In this document: positions 44,317 to 52,803 of the stretch, in pieces
Numbering within the stretch: position 1 is the stretch's first letter
How the letters are laid out: each line of letters opens with the position of its first letter
Origin: Armatimonadota bacterium
Lineage (GTDB): Bacteria > Armatimonadota > Fimbriimonadia > Fimbriimonadales > GBS-DC
Direction of reading: 5' to 3'
DNA: 64,000 bases
NCBI GenBank assembly: GCA_013359125.1
Contig: JABWCR010000001.1
Span: forward strand, 174,183-238,182
Translations under genes and position numbers: made by a program
The notes under the pieces: generated by a model
Seen by the model: only the letters and a program-made list of their open reading frames with translations
Database searches by the model: none
What the model was told of the DNA's origin: nothing

Positions 44317-45282
44317 CTACTTTCCAGGATAGAGCAGCGCCCTCGCTTCCGGCGTTTCCATGTTCTCTCGCGTTACGACCGTAACGCCGGTGTCGATTCG
44401 TTTCTCCAACGGTTCCTTTTTCAGGGCTTTGATCGCCGCGCCGACTCCGTCATATCCCATTCTAAAGGGACTTTGGACGATCAGCGCGTCAACCGTGCCC
44501 GACTTCAGTCCCTCAATTTCGGCTTCCGAAGCGTCAAATCCGATCAGCTTCACTTTGCCGACGAGCTTTCGCTGTTCGATCACGCGCTTGGCTCCCACGA
44601 CGCCCGGCTCGTTGGCGGCAAAGATGCCGGCCATGTCGGGGTGCTTGGTCAACATATCTTCCGCCGCCTTCATCGCTTCAGAAATCGCGCTTTGAGAGTA
44701 GAGCGTCGCGGCAAGCACGATATTCGGATACTCCGCAATGCCTTCCCGAAAGCCTCTCTCGCGCTCTTCGCTCGATCGCGCGCCTTTGATGAAGGGGATC
44801 AAACCGACTTTGCCCTTATCGCCGATGAGTTTAGCCAACTCGCGAGCGGCTATGCGCCCGCCCTCTACATTGTCCGTTGCGACGTACGAGAGCGGCAGAT
44901 CGCTATCGACGCCCGAATCGATGGTAACGACCGGAATGCCGGCATCCATAGCCTTTTGAACAGTTCCCACCAGCGCCTTGGCATCGCAGGCCGCCATCAC
45001 GATCGCATCCACCTTGCTGTTGATGAAGTCTTCTATGATCGCGATCTGGCCTTGAGTGTCCTTTTCGTCCGAAGGCCCTTTCCACAGAATCTGCGCGCCG
45101 TGCTCTTTTCCGGCTTTCTCGGCGCCCGCCAACACCGTCTGCCAAAAACTGTGCGCCGTGCCTTTTGGAACGACCGCAATTCTATGAGTCTTTTCCTTCG
45201 ATTGCGGGGCTTCGGCCTTCTCGCTTGTAGAGCACCCGGTCAAAATGAGCATTAGAGGCAGGAAAGCGATCCAACGTTTCAT
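44317..45282 (-). CDS. Sugar-binding lipoprotein, periplasmic-binding-protein type I fold (RbsB-like)
   Basis: 321-aa ORF; lipobox LILTGCS; RIAVVPKGTAHSFWQ, VDAIVMAA, IPVVTIDS pattern of ribose/galactose-type binding proteins. No permease or ATPase adjacent. Confidence 0.8.
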   Translation of the reverse strand: MKRWIAFLPLMLILTGCSTSEKAEAPQSKEKTHRIAVVPKGTAHSFWQTVLAGAEKAGKEHGAQILWKGPSDEKDTQGQIAIIEDFINSKVDAIVMAACDAKALVGTVQKAMDAGIPVVTIDSGVDSDLPLSYVATDNVEGGRIAARELAKLIGDKGKVGLIPFIKGARSSEERERGFREGIAEYPNIVLAATLYSQSAISEAMKAAEDMLTKHPDMAGIFAANEPGVVGAKRVIEQRKLVGKVKLIGFDASEAEIEGLKSGTVDALIVQSPFRMGYDGVGAAIKALKKEPLEKRIDTGVTVVTRENMETPEARALLYPGK

Positions 45283-45330
45283 AGTAACCGATTCGGCGGC
45301 TCGGCGGTCATTCCTGGCGGCCCGATTTGC

Positions 45331-45339
45331 GGGTATAGT
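45331..45339 (+). promoter_or_regulatory. GGGTATAGT box for the ilvE operon
   Basis: GGGTATAGT 37 nt upstream of ATG 45377 (leader with CGGAGG SD). Confidence 0.4.
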
Positions 45340-45376
45340 TTATGAGAAGGACCCTATACTCTCGGAGGTCTCATCG

Positions 45377-46258
45377 ATGTCCAAAATTGTCTACTTTAAC
45401 GGCGTTATCACGCCCGTCGAAAAAGCAACGATTCCCGCTTTCGATCACGCCTATCTCTATGGGGACGGCCTCTTCGAAGGAATCCGGATTTACAATAAGC
45501 GCATTTTCAAACTGGACGAACACCTAAAGCGGCTTTACAACGGAGTTCGCCATCTGGACATTCGCGAGCCGATGCCAATGGGCGAAATGCGGAACGCTAT
45601 TCTCGAAACGGTCGAGGCCTCTGGAGAAGAATCGGGCTACATTCGAGTCAACGTATCTCGCGGCACCGGGATTGGCCTTAATCCGGCCAACATCGATCTA
45701 ACGCCCAATCTGATGATCGCGATCACAACCCTGGCGCTCTTTAAGCCGGAACTCTATCAGAGGGGCGCCAAGAGCGTAACCCTCACCAATCGCGTTATCG
45801 CGCCCGACGCGCTCGATCCTCGCGTCAAGGCCATTGGTCGGTACGTCAGCAACATTCAGGCCCGGCTCGAAGCGAACAGACAGGGCGCCGACGAAGGCGT
45901 GATGCTGACGGCGCAGGGCTATGTGGCCGAAGGCACGGGCGACAATCTGTTCGTCATCAAAGATGAGGTACTAATCACGCCTCCAGCCTGGTGCGGCATT
46001 TTGGAAGGAATCACCCGCAACACAATACTCGATATGGCGGTCGAGATGGGGCATCGGACGCGCGAGGACGTGTTGACGATCCACGACGTCTACTCTGCGG
46101 ACGAGGCCTTTTTGACCGGCACGGCGGCCGAGGTGATGCCCATGGTCTCGCTGGATGGACGACCGATCAGCGACGGCCAGCCCGGCCCGATCACCAAGAA
46201 GCTGATGAAGGCCTTTCACGAGGCGGCAATGGAGGCAGGCGTCCTGGTCTCGGGATGA
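45377..46258 (+). CDS. ilvE: Branched-chain amino acid aminotransferase (PLP fold type IV)
   Basis: Start at ATG 45377 (293 aa); YGDGLFEGIR, catalytic-lysine region and EGTGDNLF, GITR motifs of class IV aminotransferases. Confidence 0.85.
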   Translation: MSKIVYFNGVITPVEKATIPAFDHAYLYGDGLFEGIRIYNKRIFKLDEHLKRLYNGVRHLDIREPMPMGEMRNAILETVEASGEESGYIRVNVSRGTGIGLNPANIDLTPNLMIAITTLALFKPELYQRGAKSVTLTNRVIAPDALDPRVKAIGRYVSNIQARLEANRQGADEGVMLTAQGYVAEGTGDNLFVIKDEVLITPPAWCGILEGITRNTILDMAVEMGHRTREDVLTIHDVYSADEAFLTGTAAEVMPMVSLDGRPISDGQPGPITKKLMKAFHEAAMEAGVLVSG

Positions 46259-46500
46259 ACTGCGACCTGTGCGGCGAATCGGCCTCTTTGAGAGTTCATC
46301 AAGCGGAACTGTGCGAAGCCTGCGCTAAGCAATGGAGTCGGCGCGAGTTCGGCAACGATTTAGTTATGCTCCCAACTTACGCGCGCGCTCCCAAAAAGCG
46401 CCTGGAATCTTGTCCGTTCTGCCAGGCCAAGTGGAGCGAGATCGTCCATACCGGGCTGTTCGGCTGTCCTCGCTGCTACGCCTTCTTTGAGGTTCAATGA
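46255..46500 (+). CDS. McsA-like double zinc-ribbon mini-protein (four CxxC pairs), no UVR domain
   Basis: 81-aa ORF with ATGA overlaps on both sides. C3xxC6, C20xxC23, C53xxC56, C71xxC74. CPFCQAKWSEIVHTGLFGCPRCYAFF parallels the second Zn module of McsA/UvrB-C-motif proteins. Confidence 0.55.
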   Translation: MNCDLCGESASLRVHQAELCEACAKQWSRREFGNDLVMLPTYARAPKKRLESCPFCQAKWSEIVHTGLFGCPRCYAFFEVQ

Positions 46501-47387
46501 AACTCTGCCTGCCCACTCCGCTACATCGGCTGGATAGGGCATTCCCCAACCACGACGTCTGGATCAAGCGCGACGACCTGACCGGCTTTGCGCTGGGCGG
46601 CAACAAGACCCGCAAGGCGGCCAAACTGCTGGAGGATGCAGAGGGGTCGGACGTTCTGCTGACCGTTGGCGATACGCAATCCAACCACGCCAGGGTGATC
46701 GCTGCTTGCGCCGCTCAAAAGGGTATCGAATGCGAACTGTTCCTAACCGGCCCGAATCCCGGAAGGGCAACCTCAAACCTCTTGCTCGATCGGTTGGCGG
46801 GCGCGTCTGTTCGCTTTGTTGACGACCCGGATCAGCGAGAAGCTGCCATGAACCAGCGAGCCTCCGAACTGCGAATAGCGGGTAAAAAGCCCTATGCGAT
46901 TCCATTGGGCGGTTCCAATGCGATCGGCGCTAGCGCCTTTGTCGAGGCGGCCAAGGAGATCGATGCGACCGATCCGGCGACCGTCGTCCTGGCCTCATCG
47001 TCGGGCGGAACCTATGCCGGTCTGATGAAGGGCTTTGAGGGCGCCCCAATCAAACTGATCGGCATTCGAGTAGATCGCGACCCAGACCCCGAAAAGCGTA
47101 TCTGCGAGATTGTAGAAGGCTTTGACCCGAGCGATGTGAACCTGAACAGCGATTTTGTCGGGGAAGATTACGCCGTGCCGACGCGGGAAGGCATGGCCGC
47201 GATCCGCCTGCTGTGGCAGAAAGAGGGCGTTCTGCTCGACCCCGTTTATACGGGCAAGGCCATGGCCGGTCTCATTTCTCTTTTGGAACGGGGCGAACTG
47301 AGCGGCCGTATCATCTTCTGGCACACGGGCGGCACGCCCTCTATCTTCAGATATTCTGCTACGGACCTGGGGGTTGACGACCTATGA
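46497..47387 (+). CDS. ACC deaminase / D-cysteine desulfhydrase family PLP enzyme
   Basis: 296-aa ORF; GGNKTRKAAKLLEDA (PLP lysine motif), SNHARV, SSSGGTYAGL. Confidence 0.8.
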   Translation: MKLCLPTPLHRLDRAFPNHDVWIKRDDLTGFALGGNKTRKAAKLLEDAEGSDVLLTVGDTQSNHARVIAACAAQKGIECELFLTGPNPGRATSNLLLDRLAGASVRFVDDPDQREAAMNQRASELRIAGKKPYAIPLGGSNAIGASAFVEAAKEIDATDPATVVLASSSGGTYAGLMKGFEGAPIKLIGIRVDRDPDPEKRICEIVEGFDPSDVNLNSDFVGEDYAVPTREGMAAIRLLWQKEGVLLDPVYTGKAMAGLISLLERGELSGRIIFWHTGGTPSIFRYSATDLGVDDL

Positions 47388-48409
47388 CGGAGCGATTTTT
47401 GGAGTTGCTCAAAGCATTGATCGCTATCCCCGCGCCGCCCGGTCAAGAAGAGGAACTGACCGCCTATCTGAAAGGCCTGTTGACCGATACTCCTCATGTC
47501 GTCGATCCGAGGGGCAATTTGTTGGTAGGCGATTGGGAAAGGCCAAAGCTCGTGGTTACCGCGCACATGGACGAGATCGCGCTGATGGTGAGCGATGCGA
47601 GCGAGGATTTCTGGGTTAGGTTAGCGCCGATGGGCGGATTGATGCCTTGGAAATGGGGCGAGCAGCCGATTGAGATCTTGACGAGCAAGGGCGCCGTGCC
47701 CGCTTGGATCTCCTTTGGTTCGATCCATACGACGGATCCATCCAGCCCCGTTCAACAGGCGCGCACCGGCCCGCTAACGTGGGCGTTGGGGCGCGCTTTT
47801 ACCGGCCTCAGCGCTCAGGAGATGTCGCGGCAGGGTGTTCGTACCGGTTCGCGCGCCGTGCTTGCTCGAACTCGGCGAGAAGCAAGCGAGATCGGCCCGT
47901 ACATTGGTTCCTACTTCATCGACGACCGGGCATTGGTCGCATTGTTGCTCTTTGCTATCGAGCGGTTTGACCCGCTTCCGCCAGGCGTTTGTTTTGCCGC
48001 TACCACAGCCGAAGAGGGCGGGGCGGAAGGCGCGGCCTACCTGATGAATAAGCTTCTGCCCGACCGATGCATCGCGCTCGAAATCAGCCCATCGACTCCC
48101 GAAACGACCTTCGTGCCAGACCCTGTGCCGACCATTTGGGCTAAAGACGGCCACTCGGCTCCTCCGGCGCGAGATATGTTCTGGATCGAAAAGGCGGCAG
48201 AACGCGCCGGCTGCCATCTGCGTTGGCAGTTTCTCTCTCGCGCAGGCTCCGATGCTTCGATCGCCCAAGAGTTGGGTTCAACGGCCTCCGGCGTTACTAT
48301 CGGCATCCCGGTCGAGAGCTCGCACGGTTTCGAGTTCATGCATAAAGACGCGCCCGAAGAATTGCTAAAGCTTCTGGTCGCAATGATCGAAACGCTACCA
48401 GCGGATTAG
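47384..48409 (+). CDS. M42-family metallo-aminopeptidase (FrvX/glutamyl aminopeptidase-like)
   Basis: 341-aa ORF; N-terminal LLKALIAIPAPPGQEEE, HMDEI, DDRAL, EEGG motifs typical of M42. Confidence 0.8.
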   Translation: MTERFLELLKALIAIPAPPGQEEELTAYLKGLLTDTPHVVDPRGNLLVGDWERPKLVVTAHMDEIALMVSDASEDFWVRLAPMGGLMPWKWGEQPIEILTSKGAVPAWISFGSIHTTDPSSPVQQARTGPLTWALGRAFTGLSAQEMSRQGVRTGSRAVLARTRREASEIGPYIGSYFIDDRALVALLLFAIERFDPLPPGVCFAATTAEEGGAEGAAYLMNKLLPDRCIALEISPSTPETTFVPDPVPTIWAKDGHSAPPARDMFWIEKAAERAGCHLRWQFLSRAGSDASIAQELGSTASGVTIGIPVESSHGFEFMHKDAPEELLKLLVAMIETLPAD

Positions 48410-50653
48410 GCGGTACTCCATCGGTTTCAACGTATGGCGGCCATGATCAACGAGCGCCGACTTGAGATCGACCTCGATCGTCTCTTGCGTTAAGTTGATC
48501 ACAAACGAGACGTTCTGCGCGGTCTGGCACACAACGCCCCATGCAAATTCGCCGTTGGTTCGGAATGCCTGCAGTCCCGGCGGGCGCGCATCGGTCTGTC
48601 GGATCAGCTTGAGCAGCTCGGCCGTCGTCTCCATCGCATTCAGGTTGGGCAATCGGTAGAGCGTTTCGCCGACAAATCGCTGGGTTCGCGCCCGCCCGTA
48701 GAGGTCTTGATCTAACACTGCGCCCTCAGGCACCAAGGCTTTGGCTCCGTTGGCCAGCGCAGTATTCAGGCGCACCAGCGCCTCGTCCGAAAGTCGGCGC
48801 GCGCCGGGAATAGCGATGACTGTCTCGGCTGGGGGCGTTACGCCCTCTTCCAAAGCGCGTTCGGTCAATATGCCCACTCGGAATCCCGCCGTTATCAGGG
48901 CTAAGTACCAGCGCTCAAAGTCGGCCTCGTGGCGTTCTGGATCGTGCGCCGCATCGACCGGCGAATAGAGCAGATAAGCATCCGGCGGAGCGCTGCCGAG
49001 CGTGCGAACGTCCGATCGAAGTCGGCCCAGTTCCGAAACGGCCCTTGATACGGCCAGCGTCCCAAGCGGATTGACTGCGCCTGACGAAAAACGGATGCCT
49101 GCTCCGTTGGCGCCCAGCACGGCAAGGAACATCAAGAGCCCTTCTGCTTGGTCCCCGATCTTCGCCGGCAGGTCGAGAGGATCGATGAGTATGTGCCGAG
49201 CGCCGCACGCTTTGGCCATGGCAAGCTGCTTGGCCAACTTTGACCAACCGACCGCCCAGGTTGCTCCCCGATCGTTGGGCATAGAGACCATGCCCTCGAT
49301 CGCGGCTAAGCCAGATTTGATGTAGCGCGGCTCCGTCAATCGAATTCGGCCAGAGTCGTCTGCCTCCATTCTATACAAAGTCGAGTCGGTCAAGTGAGGC
49401 TCTTTGGCGGCCTGCTCGAAACTTTCGTGCTTTGTGCCCCAGCGCAAGTTGAGCGTTGCGAGGCTCTTGTGCCGCGCTTCAAGCCACTTCTCAAGGCTCA
49501 ACGACTGTTTGGGCTCGGTGATTGTTACGGTCGGCTTCGGCAGAAGCCCTAAAGCATCCCGTTCGCCTTTTGTCAATTCGGGATCGCTGATCCAAACCAC
49601 GCCTCTTTCGCCTGTTGCGGCGGCATGGCCCTTCATTTGCAGCGCAAAGGGCAACAAGAGTAGCGCGTCCTCCTCTTTGGCCTGGCGGGCGAACAGAGCG
49701 AACGCTCCGTCGCTCGTATCGCCGGCTGGAGCGCGCATCTTGATAAACTCCTTGACTTGCGAGCCTGTATAGAAGCGAACTGTCCGCTCCAACGCTAGAG
49801 CCTCGCCGCCGATGATAATGGACAGTTCGAGCCTCTGCTTCTTCTCCAAGTCCTTAAACTGATCCGCGGTTCCGCCAAAGGTCAGCTTGCTGACGCCTGC
49901 AGGAATGTTCGGACGGATCGCCAGTTCGCCCTCTTCGCTGCCGGCGCGAATCACGGCGCCTTTGACCGCTTCGGTCGCCGCGATAATCGCCTCAGCCGAC
50001 CAACTTCCGTCGGGCGCGAAGACGACTGACGGCATCGCCCATTCAACGCTCAGCCTGCCGCCTTGTCCGGCGCTTGGGGCGCCTTCGAACACCTGCAGTC
50101 CGTCCACGCACAGTCCATCCGTGGCCGAATCGATCTGAAACTGAAGAGGCAAAGACGTCTGCTGGTCGTCCGTCGTGTACTCGATGCTCTTGCGAACCCA
50201 TTGGCCCTGGGTGTGCTCGAACGGCGACCGAAAACGTCCGCCGATCCCGTCGGTCAGCGAACCTTGATAAAAGCCGTCCGTTTTAAGCCAGAAGACGATC
50301 GAATAGGTCGTCTTGGGCTTCACGGTCAGCGGGCTATCCAGCGTCAAATGGGCGATAGCGCGAACGCCGGTCGAACGGTCGTTTGCGAACTTTAAGGCTC
50401 GCTGGCCGTGCACCGGAGAGGCCGTTTCCCACTCAATTCGAACGCCTGATCCGCGCGCGCTGAATGTCCATCCTTCGGGAGCCTCGTCGCCAATCTCGAA
50501 ACTGCCGTTTGTCAATAGACTTGGCTTTGCGCTCATCGCCTGAGGCTCGATTTTGACAAAGCGCACAGGCAACGGAGCGCCGCGCATGGTGTGAGCAGGG
50601 GGTTGGCCTTGCCCAATGAAAACCGAAACGCACAAAAGCCAGACAAACCGCAT
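48395..50653 (-). CDS. Large secreted protein of unknown function (CBM-like N-terminus, GH42-middle-domain-like region)
   Basis: Start moved to ATG 50653 (signal peptide MRFVWLLCVSVFIGQG; 7 nt downstream of a GGGTAGACT box). NGSFEIGDEAPEGW resembles CBM4_9/galactose-binding-like modules. WLEARHKSLATLNLRWGT resembles the GH42 beta-galactosidase linker motif. No catalytic assignment possible. Confidence 0.5.
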   Translation of the reverse strand: MRFVWLLCVSVFIGQGQPPAHTMRGAPLPVRFVKIEPQAMSAKPSLLTNGSFEIGDEAPEGWTFSARGSGVRIEWETASPVHGQRALKFANDRSTGVRAIAHLTLDSPLTVKPKTTYSIVFWLKTDGFYQGSLTDGIGGRFRSPFEHTQGQWVRKSIEYTTDDQQTSLPLQFQIDSATDGLCVDGLQVFEGAPSAGQGGRLSVEWAMPSVVFAPDGSWSAEAIIAATEAVKGAVIRAGSEEGELAIRPNIPAGVSKLTFGGTADQFKDLEKKQRLELSIIIGGEALALERTVRFYTGSQVKEFIKMRAPAGDTSDGAFALFARQAKEEDALLLLPFALQMKGHAAATGERGVVWISDPELTKGERDALGLLPKPTVTITEPKQSLSLEKWLEARHKSLATLNLRWGTKHESFEQAAKEPHLTDSTLYRMEADDSGRIRLTEPRYIKSGLAAIEGMVSMPNDRGATWAVGWSKLAKQLAMAKACGARHILIDPLDLPAKIGDQAEGLLMFLAVLGANGAGIRFSSGAVNPLGTLAVSRAVSELGRLRSDVRTLGSAPPDAYLLYSPVDAAHDPERHEADFERWYLALITAGFRVGILTERALEEGVTPPAETVIAIPGARRLSDEALVRLNTALANGAKALVPEGAVLDQDLYGRARTQRFVGETLYRLPNLNAMETTAELLKLIRQTDARPPGLQAFRTNGEFAWGVVCQTAQNVSFVINLTQETIEVDLKSALVDHGRHTLKPMEYRLIRW

Positions 50654-50660
50654 GGCCGAA

Positions 50661-50669
50661 AGTCTACCC
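50661..50669 (-). promoter_or_regulatory. GGGTAGACT box for the 773-aa secreted-protein gene
   Basis: Minus strand GGGTAGACT-N7-ATG 50653; left arm of a perfect 9-bp inverted repeat. Confidence 0.45.
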
Positions 50670-50675
50670 CCTAAA

Positions 50676-50684
50676 GGGTAGACT
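50676..50684 (+). promoter_or_regulatory. GGGTAGACT box for the RNase H-like gene
   Basis: GGGTAGACT-N8-ATG 50693; right arm of the same inverted repeat. Confidence 0.45.
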
Positions 50685-50692
50685 TCTGTATC

Positions 50693-51478
50693 ATGCTCAG
50701 AAGCACCTTTCTCCATGCTGTTGGGGCCGATGCTCGTCTGGAGCGGAATCTCTGGCGTCAGGGCGCGCTAACCTGGGAAGAGTTTCTTCGGGGTCCATAT
50801 GACGTGCCGGACGAGGCCGCGATCAAAAGCGAGATCGAAGGCTCTATCGCGGCATTGGATGAAAAAGATCGGACCTTCTTTTCGCGCCGCCTGCCTTCTG
50901 CCTATCGATGGAGAGCGTTCGACGAGTTTGGCGAGAAGACCGCTTATCTCGACATCGAGACAGACGGGAGGACGTTGATCACCGTGATCGGGGTGTTCGA
51001 CGGCTTCGAAATGCATCAGTACGTTTTGGGAGACAATCTGAACGACTTTCGCCGCGATATCGAGCAGTACGACCTGATTGTAACCTACTTTGGCGAGAAC
51101 TTCGACCTGCCCATGATTCAGCGCAACTTTCCGTCGGTTTTCTTCGATCAGGTTCACATCGACCTTTGTCCCGTACTAAGGCGGCTGGGCTACAAGGGCG
51201 GGCTGAAGAAGGTGGAACGGCTGATGGGCATTTATCGCGATGGCGATGTGGACGGCTTGGACGGTCGGGCCGCCATCCGGCTCTGGCAAGACCACATCGA
51301 CGGCAAGCGCGGCGCCTTGGACCTGCTGCTAAAGTACAACTATGACGACTGTGCGAATCTGGCCGTACTCATGAAAAAAGCCTACAAGAAGCTGAGAGCC
51401 GATACCGGCTATGACGCGATCGCTCGGCGGGTTAAGGCCGATGCGGCGGTATCAGATTCGCGCTCAGCGGCCGATTGA
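50693..51478 (+). CDS. RNase H-like fold exonuclease family protein (YprB/COG3359-like)
   Basis: 261-aa ORF; AYLDIETDG and VTYFGENFDLPM resemble the DEDD-type exonuclease motifs of the RNase_H_2 family. Recognition is by pattern only. Confidence 0.55.
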   Translation: MLRSTFLHAVGADARLERNLWRQGALTWEEFLRGPYDVPDEAAIKSEIEGSIAALDEKDRTFFSRRLPSAYRWRAFDEFGEKTAYLDIETDGRTLITVIGVFDGFEMHQYVLGDNLNDFRRDIEQYDLIVTYFGENFDLPMIQRNFPSVFFDQVHIDLCPVLRRLGYKGGLKKVERLMGIYRDGDVDGLDGRAAIRLWQDHIDGKRGALDLLLKYNYDDCANLAVLMKKAYKKLRADTGYDAIARRVKADAAVSDSRSAAD

Positions 51479-52775
51479 TCGCGTCCAAGGCGGCCATCGC
51501 CACGGCTCGGTAGCGGTCTTCGGTCGCCAGCGCCGCACCCACCAGCTCTTTTTGAGCGTCCGGCCCCTGCCAATGGATCACCACGTTAGCCAGCGCTCGA
51601 CCGGTACCCATCTCGCTGACGGCGACTTCGTTGAGGGTGAGCGTATGGCCCTGGGGCAACAGCTTGCTCAAGGCGTTCAAAGTCGCTTCGGCCACTAGCT
51701 CCATCGGATCGCGAGTGCCTTCCGCGGCGCCATAGGCTGTCTCGTCCGCCGCCCCCAGCCGAACCTGTACTTTGGCGGAATGTCCGTCTCGAACAAAGTT
51801 CAGGCCTTGAAGACGGACCCTCTGTTCGGCCATCGACGGATCCTGCAAGGGCAGAGCCATCTGCGGGCCGGTCGATTGTAGGCCCTTGGCTTCCAGGCAG
51901 TGTCGAGAGGCCAGGTTGATCAGGTTGTCGACGGTTGCGGCATAGTGGACGTGCTCTCTCTCGCGGGTGCGCTTGCCGCCGTGATAGCCATAAGTGATCG
52001 AGATGGGCATGTCGACTTCGGGCAGTCGGATCGCCGAGATTAGGCGCACGATCTGATGAGCCAATAGCCCCGCTTCTTCGCTTCGCCTAAGCGTGGCCAT
52101 TGCGAACTCGTCGCCGCCATAGCGGCACAGGAGTTCGATCTTTTGATCGACTTCGGCCTGGATCACGTTCGCCACGATTCGCAATACCTCGTCGCCCACT
52201 ACATGGCCGTATCGCTTGTTAAAGGCTCCAAACTGGTCCATGTCGAAGAAGATGACGGTAACCTCGTCCCCCATCGCCAGGCGCTCGATGCACCATTCTC
52301 TCAAAGTGTCCGACCAGGGGCAACCCGTCATCGGGTCATAGCTTCGGCCAATCTCGGGCAACAGGTCGAAGACGCTGATCATGCCCTGAAGCCCGTCGCC
52401 ATCGACCACGGGCAGGCAGGACAATCGAGCTTCCGCCAGAGTGCGCGCAGCCATTTTGACCGGCATTTCGGGGTCGATCGCTGGCGCTCGCATTGCGGCG
52501 TATTCTGAGATGGGCCGCCTTGGATCGGCGTCTACCAGCGCGCTCTGTTCGATGACGCCCAGCACCTTGCCCGCCTCGACGACCGGGAGTCCCACTAAAT
52601 GATGGCCTCGCATAAGAATGATAGCGGTTTCGACGGTTTGATCCGGGTCGATCCAGGCTTTGGCAGGACGCATCAGTTCGCGGACTTTTCTCATTGTAAC
52701 GGTCTCAAAAGTGAGCGCTTTGTCCGTCGGACGGCTCGGCGGTCGCGGCTCAAACGTCGTTACATCCTTGTTCAT
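51432..52775 (-). CDS. Diguanylate cyclase: tandem CBS pair + GGDEF + about 150-aa unassigned C-terminal module
   Basis: Start at ATG 52775 (AAGGAGA SD 8 nt upstream; track start TTG 52814). Two CBS motifs, GGDEF domain with intact RYGGDEF and no RxxD I-site. The C-terminal 149 aa form two similar about 60-aa halves. Confidence 0.85.
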   Translation of the reverse strand: MNKDVTTFEPRPPSRPTDKALTFETVTMRKVRELMRPAKAWIDPDQTVETAIILMRGHHLVGLPVVEAGKVLGVIEQSALVDADPRRPISEYAAMRAPAIDPEMPVKMAARTLAEARLSCLPVVDGDGLQGMISVFDLLPEIGRSYDPMTGCPWSDTLREWCIERLAMGDEVTVIFFDMDQFGAFNKRYGHVVGDEVLRIVANVIQAEVDQKIELLCRYGGDEFAMATLRRSEEAGLLAHQIVRLISAIRLPEVDMPISITYGYHGGKRTREREHVHYAATVDNLINLASRHCLEAKGLQSTGPQMALPLQDPSMAEQRVRLQGLNFVRDGHSAKVQVRLGAADETAYGAAEGTRDPMELVAEATLNALSKLLPQGHTLTLNEVAVSEMGTGRALANVVIHWQGPDAQKELVGAALATEDRYRAVAMAALDAINRPLSANLIPPHRP

Positions 52776-52803
52776 TGCCCAATCTCCTTTAACTTTAGCC
52801 CGA

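Noticed and set aside
50661-50684. The inverted repeat AGTCTACCC-N6-GGGTAGACT interpreted purely as a transcription-factor operator
   Set aside because: Not fully rejected. However, each arm is identical to the GGGTAGACT box found singly upstream of mfd and, with one change, of ispH and rpoA. Two divergent -10 elements therefore explain the palindrome without invoking a regulator.
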